64,000 nucleotides of DNA from the IMG/VR virus record IMGVR_UViG_3300034178_000025; one strand, 5' to 3'. The position numbers were made by a program, and so were the translations under genes. The notes beneath the pieces are model-generated. The model saw only the letters and a list, made by a program, of their open reading frames with translations, ran no database searches and was not told the DNA's origin. This document shows positions 27,871 through 37,655 of the stretch, one piece after another. Source of the stretch: an uncultured virus (IMG/VR IMGVR_UViG_3300034178_000025). Lineage: Duplodnaviria; Heunggongvirae; Uroviricota; Caudoviricetes. Each line of letters opens with the position of its first letter. The first letter of the stretch is position 1.

Positions 27871-28045
27871 GATAGAACGACAGTACCGCCCGGTCGAGGT
27901 TGCCGCCCTCATGAAGCGTGACACTCGAACTGTGCGTGCGTGGCTGAGGGACCCCGATCATCCCCTCACTGGCGTACAGATCCAGGGCCAGTGGTACATC
28001 CCCGAAACTCACCTCGCAAAATTCCTCAATGGAGACTTTGAATGA
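27851..28045 (+). CDS. excisionase-like HTH protein
   Basis: YRPVEVAALMKRDTRTVRAWL...WYIP. Confidence 0.75.
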   Translation: METPTAKIERQYRPVEVAALMKRDTRTVRAWLRDPDHPLTGVQIQGQWYIPETHLAKFLNGDFE

Positions 28046-28683
28046 CTGCATCGCACGGTCCTTACGGCATGGAAGTTATCGTCCCCCCCGGCGATGATCT
28101 CATCGAGTCGGAGATGGCCTGGATCGACATGGAGACGACCGGCCTCGACCACGATGCCAGCGATGTCCCACTTGAGGTCGGCTGCATCATCACTGACCAG
28201 GATGGAAACGAGAAAGCGACGTTGCGATCTCTGATCATCTGCAACGACTGGGAGTTCAGGCTGGATCGGGCCGTTCCGTTCGTGGTCGACATGCACCTGA
28301 AGAACAATCTCAAGTACGACCTGTCGGTTGCCGCCGACAATTCCGACCTGCGACGTAGCCTGAGCTTCAATCGGGTCGACATTGAGCTGAGGGGGTTCCT
28401 GGAAACATTCGCAGGCAAAGACGGCGTCATGCCGATGTGTGGAAGCACGATCAACTTCGATCGGAACTTCATGAAGTTCCTGCCGATGAGTCTTCAGTGG
28501 TTCCATTACCGGAACATGGATGTCACGTCACTGATGAACTTCTGTCGGATGCTTAACCCGGCGATCTACGAAGCATCGCCGAACGTCCCGGCTGACAAGA
28601 AGAAGCATCGCGTCCTGGAAGACATTCGGGACAGTATCAGCTTGTACAAGTTCTACAAGGACAACTTCTTGTTCGTCGCCTAG
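28042..28683 (+). CDS. orn: oligoribonuclease-like DEDDh exonuclease
   Basis: WIDMETTGLD, GSTINFDRNF, FHYRNMDVTSL, HRVLEDIRDSI. Confidence 0.85.
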   Translation: MTASHGPYGMEVIVPPGDDLIESEMAWIDMETTGLDHDASDVPLEVGCIITDQDGNEKATLRSLIICNDWEFRLDRAVPFVVDMHLKNNLKYDLSVAADNSDLRRSLSFNRVDIELRGFLETFAGKDGVMPMCGSTINFDRNFMKFLPMSLQWFHYRNMDVTSLMNFCRMLNPAIYEASPNVPADKKKHRVLEDIRDSISLYKFYKDNFLFVA

Positions 28684-28997
28684 CGATGAACAGGGTTGCT
28701 GTACGTATCATCCGACGGGGTGACAAGTACCATGTCGTCGGACGGAAAACTACAGTAATTTGCGACACGTTCGAGCAGGCCTGGGAAGAATCAATTCCGT
28801 ACTTCGCTGGGAGAAAGAGGTGACATGGAACCTGGAGAATTCCTTCAAAGGCTGATGGATGCCATCGGCAACAACTCGGCCTTCTGTGAGGAACTGGGGA
28901 TTAACTCCATCGAGAAGATGAAAGACGAGCGAGCAACGCTTGCCATCGAACTCGACGATGGGGACGATATCTTCCTGCACATAGAAAGGTAGGCAGC

Positions 28998-30122
28998 GTG
29001 ACGTCAGTAACATTCGAAACGGCGACAATCGCTGACGCCGTACGTCGCGCCGCGAGGGTTGCTCCCGGCAAGGCTGGTCACGCCTTCGACAAGGCAGCCG
29101 GGATGTTCTTCGAGATCAACCCTACGGGCGATGTCGTGTGCATCATCAGGGCTACCAACCTGGATGCATTCCACACCGAGATCATCGCAACAGTAGCAGC
29201 TGATGGCCCGCCCAGCCGATGGCGCCTGCCAAGCCGACTCATAGCTGACGTAGTTGGCAGTCTTCCTCCAAAGTCTGGCGCCCAGGTGAAGTTCATGCAA
29301 GAGGGCAGGAAGATCACTATCCAGCAGGGACGGATGAAGTCATCGATGAACCTGATCGACGACGATTCGTATCCCGACTGGGACATGTTCGATGCCAGCA
29401 CTCTGAAGATGGTCCAGGGTCTGGGTCAGCGCGTTGGCATGGTCGAGTGGGCTGCAGCCAGTGACGGTACGCCTCCATTGGGAGGCGTTTACCTGGATGG
29501 AGAGTACGCGTACGCAACCGACAGGTACAAGCTTGCCAGGGTGCCATGCAAGATAGATCTGGTTAAGCCAATCACCATTCCGTCGGGCATTCTGGGACAG
29601 TGCCTGAAGTCGATGGGCGACACTGCAATGGGGGTCAGTGCAACCCAGCTACTACTGGCTCCGGATGACTGGACACAACTCAAGACGGTGATCTACGACA
29701 TCCAGTACTTCCCAGTGAAGATGCTCTTCGATACTACCAAGTACGAATTCACCTGCGAAGTGAACAAGTCGGACTTCCTGGACAAGCTGAACAGAGCTGG
29801 ATCGTACGCTGGCGCGGAGCGCAACCCACTGCTCACCACCTACTGGGGCAAAGGTGAGATAGCGGTTGTGATGGAGAATCCAGAGGTTGGCCTGTTCGGT
29901 GACGTGGTTGAGTGTCCAGGTTACCTCGACCACAAGCGTGTGGTGATCCGGTTCACGCCAAAGAACCTGATTGATGCGCTCACCAATGCACCCGATGCAA
30001 AGGTGACACTGCATTACGACCTGGAACCAGATGCAGCAATCTCCAAGAACATAAAGGTGACCGGAGGTGCAGGCTTCGAATGCATCGTCATGAAGCGACA
30101 GGAGACAAAACCGTCAGCATGA
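28998..30122 (+). CDS. dnaN: DNA polymerase III beta sliding clamp
   Basis: 374 aa; ATNLD, LGGVYL, ATDRYKLA and FTPKNLIDAL clamp motifs. Confidence 0.85.
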   Translation: MTSVTFETATIADAVRRAARVAPGKAGHAFDKAAGMFFEINPTGDVVCIIRATNLDAFHTEIIATVAADGPPSRWRLPSRLIADVVGSLPPKSGAQVKFMQEGRKITIQQGRMKSSMNLIDDDSYPDWDMFDASTLKMVQGLGQRVGMVEWAAASDGTPPLGGVYLDGEYAYATDRYKLARVPCKIDLVKPITIPSGILGQCLKSMGDTAMGVSATQLLLAPDDWTQLKTVIYDIQYFPVKMLFDTTKYEFTCEVNKSDFLDKLNRAGSYAGAERNPLLTTYWGKGEIAVVMENPEVGLFGDVVECPGYLDHKRVVIRFTPKNLIDALTNAPDAKVTLHYDLEPDAAISKNIKVTGGAGFECIVMKRQETKPSA

Positions 30123-30472
30123 AATACTATCTCGCCGGCCCAATGACTGGACTTCCCGACTACAACTTTCCGATGTTCGAGAAGGTGGCGAACTACCTTC
30201 GAGACATCGGCATCGATGTCGCTTCGCCTCACGAAATCGACCACGGCGAGACGCCGGAGACCAAGGGGCAGCTTCCCTATGGTGTTTACATCAGGGCTGG
30301 ACTGAAGATGCTGCTCGAGTGTGACGGCATCATCATGCTGCCCAACTGGAAAGACAGCAAGGGGGCGAAGATCGAGCTGTATGTAGCAAACGCCTGCGAC
30401 ATGCAGCTGTTCAAGTTCCACGAGGAGACCGGACACGTTGTAACTCTTTCCGACTGGGAGGTGGCGAAGTGA
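30119..30472 (+). CDS. DUF4406 / nucleoside deoxyribosyltransferase-like protein
   Basis: YLAGPMTG..YNFPMF...LECDGIIMLPNWKDSKGAKIE. Confidence 0.85.
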   Translation: MKYYLAGPMTGLPDYNFPMFEKVANYLRDIGIDVASPHEIDHGETPETKGQLPYGVYIRAGLKMLLECDGIIMLPNWKDSKGAKIELYVANACDMQLFKFHEETGHVVTLSDWEVAK

Positions 30473-31008
30473 ACAGATTCTTCGTGATCGGTCTGAACGC
30501 CGAACCCTGGGCGATCGGGCCGCTGGGACTCGGTCGCAAGGCTGGGAAGCCCTATCCGTACATCGGACCCAACCAGAAGGTGCAGGCGTACCAAGAGGCC
30601 CTGAGGGAACAACTCGAGGGGTCCGGTGTACTGGATGGCGAGGTTGAGGTTAACCTCTACATCTGGCGCAAGATCGAGACCATGTTGATCGCCGGTGGCC
30701 GGAATCGAAAGGGAAAGTCGGCCGACGCAACCAACATACAGAAGGCAACTGAGGACGCCCTACAGGGCGTGCTCATTACGAACGACCGCCTCGTTCGGCG
30801 TATCTCTACGGAGGTAATGCAGCAGGACGAGAACACCGAACCGTGCATCGTCATCCAAGTGAGGCCATATGTCGGGTCAACTCCGGAACTCCCGGATCAC
30901 ATCTGGGATCAAGTGGATTCAGTCGCTGGTCGTCCTACGCCGGATACACTCTTTGTTCCGGTGGCTGGTGGATCTACTGAAGAGGTAGATTCGGCGGGCG
31001 TGTTCTAG
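30469..31008 (+). CDS. RusA-like Holliday junction resolvase
   Basis: DATNIQKATEDALQGVLITND. Confidence 0.8.
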   Translation: MNRFFVIGLNAEPWAIGPLGLGRKAGKPYPYIGPNQKVQAYQEALREQLEGSGVLDGEVEVNLYIWRKIETMLIAGGRNRKGKSADATNIQKATEDALQGVLITNDRLVRRISTEVMQQDENTEPCIVIQVRPYVGSTPELPDHIWDQVDSVAGRPTPDTLFVPVAGGSTEEVDSAGVF

Positions 31009-31716
31009 ATGAAGGTTGTCCAGGACATCTGGCACGGAGACAGTCGAGTCCTGTGCCAGAGGCTGAAGCCCAACAGTGTGGGTTGCGTGATCACCGACCC
31101 ACCCTTTGGAGTAGACAATCAGTCTCACTCTTCCGTCACGGTCGAAGGCAAGATGAATGCCCGGAAGATTGCAAACGACGAATCTCCTGAGCAAGCTATC
31201 TCTGTCTTTAACGAGGTGATGGATGTCCTGCTGCCCAAGACAAAGGAACATGCTGACCTATACATCTTCACAGCTCATCAGGTTCTGAATGAATGGCTTG
31301 ACGTCGCCGATAGTTTGTCTAGACACGGGTACACCCGACGGGGTATCCTGGTGTGGGAGAAGACTGGACCGGGGATGGGCGACACGGACTCATGGGGGAT
31401 GTCCCATGAATTCTGCATCTTCCTCAAGAAGGGCAGACGCCTAAGGAGTGACACTCGACGATCGGGTGTTATCCACATTCCACAGGTTCGACCGGATAAG
31501 CTCATCCACCCCCACGAGAAGCCACTTGCTCTTATCGAGTTGCTACTCAAACACAGCACAAGTCCTGGTGATCTTGCGGTTGATCCTTTCGGTGGCAGTG
31601 GGACGCTGGCCCGCGCCTGCAAGAACATCGGACGGTCCGGACTCTCCATGGAGTACGACAAGCTAAATTTCGATAGAGCATACGAGGCGCTGCACAGTGC
31701 CGATGGACTATTCTAA
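31009..31716 (+). CDS. amino (N6-A/N4-C) DNA methyltransferase, beta class
   Basis: TDPPF, HPHEKP, DPFGGSGT. Confidence 0.92.
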   Translation: MKVVQDIWHGDSRVLCQRLKPNSVGCVITDPPFGVDNQSHSSVTVEGKMNARKIANDESPEQAISVFNEVMDVLLPKTKEHADLYIFTAHQVLNEWLDVADSLSRHGYTRRGILVWEKTGPGMGDTDSWGMSHEFCIFLKKGRRLRSDTRRSGVIHIPQVRPDKLIHPHEKPLALIELLLKHSTSPGDLAVDPFGGSGTLARACKNIGRSGLSMEYDKLNFDRAYEALHSADGLF

Positions 31717-31731
31717 CCAAGGAGAGATGCA

Positions 31732-32082
31732 ATGCAGTTGATACGCCCAGTTATCTGGCTCAGTCGCAATGCTGGCCAGGACCCGGAAAGTCCTGTGAAG
31801 GATTTCCGCCCAGCCAACACGGCACCTGTCGAATCCACTGCCGACATCGCGGTGGCAATCGAGGCCGTCGAAGTGTCTGTGACGGTGGAGGAGGAGCCTG
31901 ACCCAAAAGGCTCATCTGCACAGGGATCTGCGTTGACCTCCAGCGACGACAAGAAAGAGATGGAGTCGCAAACCCCCTTGTTGCCGGTGTCCGAGGATCT
32001 CCCTGTGGATGCGGCGAAGGCGAAGTTGTTGCATCCGTCTTCAGTGAAGACTGGGAAGCCCGGGCAGCCTGCGGCGGCGTAG
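31732..32082 (+). CDS. low-complexity protein; possible N-terminal part of a frameshift fusion with WhiB
   Basis: AAGGAG RBS 7 nt before the ATG; contains C-CCA-AAA at 31902-31908. Confidence 0.6.
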   Translation: MQLIRPVIWLSRNAGQDPESPVKDFRPANTAPVESTADIAVAIEAVEVSVTVEEEPDPKGSSAQGSALTSSDDKKEMESQTPLLPVSEDLPVDAAKAKLLHPSSVKTGKPGQPAAA

Positions 32083-32258
32083 CACTTATCCGAACGGCCG
32101 CTGGGAAGAATGATATATTCTTTCCTCCGGCCGGGGAGGATGTAGAGGCGGTTGTTGACTACTGCCTCAAGTGTACGGTTCGCGCCGAGTGCGACGACAA
32201 GGCAAACAGATTTAAAGTCGAGTTCGGAATCTGGGGCGGGACAAGGAGGAAGAAGTAG
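31902..32258 (+). CDS. WhiB-family Fe-S transcription factor domain (no in-frame ATG/GTG/TTG)
   Basis: Frame absent from the ORF track reads DWEARAAC...DIFFP...YCLKCTVRAEC...FGIWGG; the frame opens after TGA 31899-31901. Confidence 0.85.
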   Translation, partial: PKRLICTGICVDLQRRQERDGVANPLVAGVRGSPCGCGEGEVVASVFSEDWEARAACGGVALIRTAAGKNDIFFPPAGEDVEAVVDYCLKCTVRAECDDKANRFKVEFGIWGGTRRKK

Positions 32259-33415
32259 TGGACCCATATTCATTCAGTGCAACGTCACTGCAGGTGGCCA
32301 GCCTGTGTCTCGCTCGCTATAAAGCTGAGTACATCGATCGAGGTGCAAACGTCCAGGGGACTGCAGCCAACGTTGGCATTGTCTGTCATGGAACGTTTGA
32401 AGACTTTCTTCGCGCGGTGTTCATCCGGAAGGATGCGCCGTGGGACGAAGAGGTGTTCTGGAATATCTTTCACCAGCACTCGGACGCTGTGCTGGGGCCG
32501 GACCGCACCTCCGAGCTTTACAAGGACGCATACGACCTGTGCTTCAAATGGTTCCATACCAAGGATCGATACGAAGATCTCTCGTCGATTGAGATCCTGT
32601 CATTGGAATCCAAGAACAGCTTTCCGATCAAGACCAGCATCGGCGTCAAGCCTGTCAACTACATCATGGACAGGCTTGACCGGATCGGTCCGAAGGAGTA
32701 CAGAGTAGTCGACTACAAGTCGAATCGAATCGGACTGACCGCGGCGCAGCTTCGCAAGAAGCTTCAAGCTCGACTGTACGCTTTGATGGTGCAGATCAAG
32801 TACAAGGATGCCGAACGGATCTGGGTGCAGTTCGAGTTCCTCCGCCACGGACAGGTCGAGGTGCTGTTCACTCGTGACGACAACATCACGATGTACCGCG
32901 AGCTACAGCGTCGCACCGAGGGGATTGTTCAGACTCCGGACAACAAGGTTCCCGAGACCCTCAACGAGGAGTGCGGGTACTGCGTCCGGAAGGCTAGCTG
33001 CAAGAAGATGACTAGCCACATCCAGGTCGGCGGAATCCTCAGTAAGACTCCCGACGAACTGGCCGAGATTCACTACGAGATCGCCAACCAGGCGAAGGCA
33101 CAGAAGCTTCTGTTGGATCAGGTTGAAGACCTGCTCCTGCAGTACGCGATCCAAGAGGAGCTCACCGAGTTCGACACGCCGTTCGGCGAAGTCAAGGTTG
33201 TCCTGCCGATGCGTCGGTCAGTGAACAACGAGATGGCTGCAGCCGTCTTGGGTCCGTCGGGATTGTTGCAGGATTATCAGCACTTCTCGGTGACCGACCT
33301 GGACAGGATCATCAAGAACAAGTTGCTACCTCAGGGTCAGCTTGATCTTCTGAAACTGTGCATCGTCAAAAAAGCCGGTGACCCTACCGTGAAGGTGGAC
33401 CACAGTGGAAAGTGA
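32258..33415 (+). CDS. Cas4/RecB-like PD-(D/E)xK exonuclease
   Basis: MDRLD, VVDYKS, QARLYA, CGYCVRKASC plus an N-terminal Cys. Confidence 0.88.
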   Translation: MDPYSFSATSLQVASLCLARYKAEYIDRGANVQGTAANVGIVCHGTFEDFLRAVFIRKDAPWDEEVFWNIFHQHSDAVLGPDRTSELYKDAYDLCFKWFHTKDRYEDLSSIEILSLESKNSFPIKTSIGVKPVNYIMDRLDRIGPKEYRVVDYKSNRIGLTAAQLRKKLQARLYALMVQIKYKDAERIWVQFEFLRHGQVEVLFTRDDNITMYRELQRRTEGIVQTPDNKVPETLNEECGYCVRKASCKKMTSHIQVGGILSKTPDELAEIHYEIANQAKAQKLLLDQVEDLLLQYAIQEELTEFDTPFGEVKVVLPMRRSVNNEMAAAVLGPSGLLQDYQHFSVTDLDRIIKNKLLPQGQLDLLKLCIVKKAGDPTVKVDHSGK

Positions 33416-33608
33416 ACAGCACACTCAGAAGTGTCCCGCTGTATGCACGTGTCGTGGTGCGGGCAACGACACCCAGGAGCAACAGCAACCCTCGGATGAC
33501 CACGGTAGACCGGTCAGCGACGGCCCGGCACAGACGCATGCCAACGCGGACACGACGCACACGGCGACCCCGAAGGCCAGACTCACCCACGAGTTCTAGC
33601 CCACAAGC

Positions 33609-33650
33609 GAACAGGCACCATACCTCATCGGAGAGGTATGGTGCCTGTTC
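33609..33650. terminator. bidirectional terminator between the convergent arms
   Basis: Perfect 18-bp stem GAACAGGCACCATACCTC / GAGGTATGGTGCCTGTTC. Confidence 0.85.
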
Positions 33651-33656
33651 TTGCTT

Positions 33657-33968
33657 CTAGTTCGGCGATCTGTCCGGAGCTGGAGTCACTGGTGGCACTG
33701 TGTGCGCACAATGAAACCCTTCCCGCAGATCATGGATCTGTATGGCAAACTGCTTCGCCTCGGGTGCTGCGTCTCGTGGCAGAGACTGGTACCTATCGTC
33801 CAGGCTTGTCATGAGTGAACACCATTTCTGATTGTTCACATCTTGACTGTGGGCGGTGTACCAGAAGTTCAGCGATACAACAAAGACAACTCCGACAAGG
33901 CCAATCACTGCCTGAATGATCCGAGTGTTTCGCTGAACCTCGTACTTCTTTATATCGTCTAGCGTCAC
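33657..33968 (-). CDS. lysis-cassette membrane protein
   Basis: GTG at 33968 with GAGGG upstream; single TM. Confidence 0.7.
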   Translation of the reverse strand: MTLDDIKKYEVQRNTRIIQAVIGLVGVVFVVSLNFWYTAHSQDVNNQKWCSLMTSLDDRYQSLPRDAAPEAKQFAIQIHDLREGFHCAHTVPPVTPAPDRSPN

Positions 33969-33984
33969 CCGGTTACCGCCCTCA

Positions 33985-34236
33985 CTATTGCTGCGGCGAT
34001 GACGGCTGCGGTTCCGCCGACGGAGGCGATGAGGATTGCCCGATTGTATTCTGGCCACTGCTGCTGCGCTGCGCCAAGAGTGCGGCCCCCGCCGGTCCCA
34101 ACAGAAGAGTCAGAAATGCTGGGACGAGGATGGGACTGACTGGACCGACGAACGTCTGCTCCAGCATTCCGACCGCTCCGATTGCGATGCAACTTACGTC
34201 CCGAATCAGAATGACTCGCCGTTGACTTTTGTCCAC
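33985..34236 (-). CDS. lysis-cassette membrane protein (2 TM)
   Basis: 83 aa, two hydrophobic segments, follows the endolysin. Confidence 0.7.
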   Translation of the reverse strand: MDKSQRRVILIRDVSCIAIGAVGMLEQTFVGPVSPILVPAFLTLLLGPAGAALLAQRSSSGQNTIGQSSSPPSAEPQPSSPQQ

Positions 34237-34295
34237 TCATGTTCCAACTTCCTGGCACAATGCCGATCATCCGGGGACTCGGGGTGATCTGACCG

Positions 34296-35243
34296 TTAGA
34301 CCGCTGGGGGTGTTTCGCTGGATGCTGCGAGCTCACGCAACGCGCCCACGACTGCGGACTGCAGTTGCGCCTCGGTTACCTGAGCACCCGGCGGAAGCGC
34401 CTGAGCCAGAAGGGTGGACAGTGCCTTCTCGTCGACGGCGTCCTTGTCCCGAGCCTGCGCTGCGTAGGTTCGCGCCGAGACGGATGCGTTGTAGTTGTTG
34501 AGCATGAACCCCCAGGCGGTCCAGAACTCGTTGGGCTTGCCGTCGGCACTCAGACTTCCGGCCGGGGCCGGCAGCACTCCGTCGGTGTAGTTCACTGCCC
34601 GACACAGGGCGGCGCGAACCTCGGGGTCCGCCAGCCACTCGATGAAATCCTTCTTGGTCATGTCGTCCTCCATCTCGGCCCGGACCATGTCCAGGAATAC
34701 GTCCCACGGAAAGTCTTTCCCTGGGTCAGTGTGGTCGCCTCCGTCTTCCGGGTAGGCATTCGTGCAGTCGACGTGCCCGACGATTCCCTTCGGGCCACTC
34801 GGGAATCTGTCCCACGCCTCACGGGTCTCGGCCACCGACAGACGCCGAACGGGAATGTCGTACTTCTTGCAGTCCCGTGCCACCTGTCGTGCAGCGTTCT
34901 GGAGTGTCGGCAGGCTAGCTGCATCGAGCCACTGCGCACGAGTCTGGGCCGTGCCGCACAGCTCGTACTGGATGCCGAGTCGGTTGCCTTTGTTGCGTGC
35001 AGCATTGCCTCGGTTCTTGGTCGGGACGCACTGGATGATACTGTTGCTGTCGACGAAGTAGTGCGTACTTGTGCCATCCGTGCGGTGCTGGTCGTAGGCT
35101 GCGCCATCCTCGGCCGACGTGCTTCGTTCAGCTCCGGCAGTGTAGTGGATGACGATGTAACGGACCGCCTTGCCGTCGCGTCCAGTGCCGTACGCTGCTG
35201 GCGACATCCACTTGAGGTCTGGATATTCTTCTGACTGGGTCAC
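34296..35243 (-). CDS. endolysin, N-acetylmuramoyl-L-alanine amidase (Amidase_2)
   Basis: IVIHYTA, STHYFVD, IQYELCG, GHVD, HTDPG.FPW. Confidence 0.92.
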   Translation of the reverse strand: MTQSEEYPDLKWMSPAAYGTGRDGKAVRYIVIHYTAGAERSTSAEDGAAYDQHRTDGTSTHYFVDSNSIIQCVPTKNRGNAARNKGNRLGIQYELCGTAQTRAQWLDAASLPTLQNAARQVARDCKKYDIPVRRLSVAETREAWDRFPSGPKGIVGHVDCTNAYPEDGGDHTDPGKDFPWDVFLDMVRAEMEDDMTKKDFIEWLADPEVRAALCRAVNYTDGVLPAPAGSLSADGKPNEFWTAWGFMLNNYNASVSARTYAAQARDKDAVDEKALSTLLAQALPPGAQVTEAQLQSAVVGALRELAASSETPPAV

Positions 35244-35250
35244 GCTAGAC

Positions 35251-35583
35251 TCACTCTCCTCGCTGGCTTGCCGCTTGGAGGATGTCGTCGGCCGGAGCGT
35301 TCTCGGGAACTGCCTGTCCGGCCGCCACGACGTTGGGGGCGTTGACCGGGTCAGGAACCGAGACGACTACCTTTGCGTTGGGCGTCACTGCAGACCTCGT
35401 CCACAGTCCCTGCGCGATAGGCAGCAGGGCGATTACGACGAGGAAGACTGCGTCCGGCACATCTGGCGCCACCTTGATTCCAGCTGCGGCCAGCAGTACA
35501 ACGACCGCTGTTACGATACCGCGCCAGGTTGCGGGCTGGAGATTTACCAGCTTCCACCAGATGGTATCTTTGGGTGTGTTCAT
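35251..35583 (-). CDS. holin-like protein
   Basis: Two TMs and an RSAVTP motif, adjacent to the endolysin. Confidence 0.75.
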   Translation of the reverse strand: MNTPKDTIWWKLVNLQPATWRGIVTAVVVLLAAAGIKVAPDVPDAVFLVVIALLPIAQGLWTRSAVTPNAKVVVSVPDPVNAPNVVAAGQAVPENAPADDILQAASQRGE

Positions 35584-35669
35584 GGGTTTCTTCTCCCTTG
35601 TTGGAGCAGCCCTATCGAACCATGCTAGCTCGAACCTTATGTTTGTGCAACTAGGGCTTTCCTAGCTAA

Positions 35670-37655
35670 CTACGTCAGGTGCGGCCAAGATGCATACTTG
35701 GATGATGGCCCACACTCGTCAGCCCTAACGATAGAGGGCGAGGTGGAGCTGGATGTCCTCGTCCACGTGTTGGCGGCCGTCGTGTTACTCTGTCCAGTGA
35801 TACACAGCTGCGTTGTGATGTCACTGGTAGTGTCGTTGACAATGAATGCTCTTCCGGTCGCCTGGCAGGTAGCTGTGGTTGAGCTGACAACAATGGGAAT
35901 CCGATAGAACTCTGTCAGTAGAGTTCCAGCTGCGGTTGCACCCTTGCGTAGTCTCCACATGATCGCCGAGTCGAACGACGAAACCTGTCCAGCCTTCCAG
36001 AAGATATCGTAAGCAGTCTTCTTCCTGTACTTGAAGGAAGCAAGAACAAGCGTCTCAGTCTCGTCGCTTCCAACGATACCGCTGTGGCTGGAAGTGTATT
36101 GCGCTTCGATGTACTTGGTTCGGTCGTCCAGTTCCGCCTGGACGCTGTGGTTGCAGATGTTTATCTCTTGGCGTTCGCCGTTCGCTGTCCAGGATCGACT
36201 GGCAATCGGGATCGCCCACTCCGGCAGCGCGTATGCATGTACCGAGGATGCGTACGTCTTGCTGTCGACGATGAAGAACGTGTTGCGCACATCCATCCAG
36301 CTTGTCACACCACCAGTACCCATGCCTGGACACAAGCCATAGTAGAGCGTCTCGCCTGGATTGAGCAAGATGCCGCCGGATGTAGATCTGATCTGCGTGG
36401 CAAAGTTTCCAGTGTCGGACGGAAGAACCGGAATGGCGCCTGTTGGATTTGGAAACCCAACAGTCAGTGCTCCACCTGGAATGATGTTGTAGTGCGCACC
36501 GATTCCGGTGAAGACGATGTCGCCTTCCCAGAGAAGCTTGCTATCTGTTCCCCAGATCCATTGACCGGTCGCGCGCCACAGCGGACGCAAGTCATTTGCA
36601 GCTCTTGGCGCGGACGCCCTGTAGGAACCAGACGACCACTCACCATTGTGGTAGTAAGTTCCAATCGGGAACGCGCCAATTTCATCAGCCTCTGTCCAGG
36701 CGTGACCGGCGTTGTTGAATCCAATCCAACCCTGTAGAGGATCGGCGGTGGTTTGCTTGATGGCGATGATTCGTCCGGTGGCCGGGTCACCCACGTTGAA
36801 AGCGGAACCATATGTCTTTACTGACATCGTGTACGTCGTGGCCGCCGCGGTCGTCTGGACCGGCACGAGTCGAATCCAAAACTCGATGACCGCCCGAATG
36901 CCCGTCTTGACCAGCGCGACATCGACGGCAAGTTCTGCATCAGGGTCACGCGACAGGTTAGTCTCAGGAAGTACCCGCATCCAGAACGCCTTGTTCCCCT
37001 CGTCTCCTTCGAGGTCAACCACCATCCGGTCTGAGACAGAGAACTGATACTTCCTGCAGTTGTTGGAGTACGTAATGACTAGCTCGATAATGCCGTCGAT
37101 CATCGAGCCATCGTTGGTCCCAGCCCAGGGCCCTACCAGCATGGCCGAGCCAACCGCCAGGTCTGGTGCTTCCAGGTTGATGTTGACGTGTCGCTCATAG
37201 ATGTTGGTCACTGGCGCACCCAGCAGGGTGCCCTGCCTGGTCGCGTTAAACGTCAGGTGAGTAAGGCCGGCCACCTGCTGATTGAGTGTGTACTCGCCGC
37301 CGCTAAGGATGCGAGTGATGTAGGGCTGGCCACGAAAGTTCTCGACATAGACCAGTCCTCCAGTGCCAATGGTACTGGTCTCAACCAGTGTAGTCGTGCG
37401 GTAGTTGCCCAGGTCCTTGGGGATCGACCCAGGAAAGATTCCGACCTCGGTCGGACCGTCATCGCCAGTGAACCAAACCGAGGCTCTGAGTCTCGCGATG
37501 TCTACGTTCATCACTCGACCGACGTTCGGGTTGGTGCCGACCGTGTTTGCAGCTTCAGTACTGGCTATCTTTCTGAACACGTCCCGCGCCCGCATTGCCA
37601 CAGTTGGATCGGCGAAGCTAAGTCCCTGGAGCGAGGGGTTAGTATCTCCAGCCAT
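35670..37655 (-). CDS. minor tail / tail-tip protein
   Basis: 661 aa, beta-rich, last tail gene before lysis. Confidence 0.75.
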   Translation of the reverse strand: MAGDTNPSLQGLSFADPTVAMRARDVFRKIASTEAANTVGTNPNVGRVMNVDIARLRASVWFTGDDGPTEVGIFPGSIPKDLGNYRTTTLVETSTIGTGGLVYVENFRGQPYITRILSGGEYTLNQQVAGLTHLTFNATRQGTLLGAPVTNIYERHVNINLEAPDLAVGSAMLVGPWAGTNDGSMIDGIIELVITYSNNCRKYQFSVSDRMVVDLEGDEGNKAFWMRVLPETNLSRDPDAELAVDVALVKTGIRAVIEFWIRLVPVQTTAAATTYTMSVKTYGSAFNVGDPATGRIIAIKQTTADPLQGWIGFNNAGHAWTEADEIGAFPIGTYYHNGEWSSGSYRASAPRAANDLRPLWRATGQWIWGTDSKLLWEGDIVFTGIGAHYNIIPGGALTVGFPNPTGAIPVLPSDTGNFATQIRSTSGGILLNPGETLYYGLCPGMGTGGVTSWMDVRNTFFIVDSKTYASSVHAYALPEWAIPIASRSWTANGERQEINICNHSVQAELDDRTKYIEAQYTSSHSGIVGSDETETLVLASFKYRKKTAYDIFWKAGQVSSFDSAIMWRLRKGATAAGTLLTEFYRIPIVVSSTTATCQATGRAFIVNDTTSDITTQLCITGQSNTTAANTWTRTSSSTSPSIVRADECGPSSKYASWPHLT

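Noticed and set aside
31713..32273. 186-aa minus-strand ORF
   Set aside because: Opposes the operon direction and overlies the plus-strand WhiB frame
32258..33415. Cas4-like gene as evidence of CRISPR-Cas
   Set aside because: Stand-alone phage exonuclease in a recombination context; no cas1/cas2 or array
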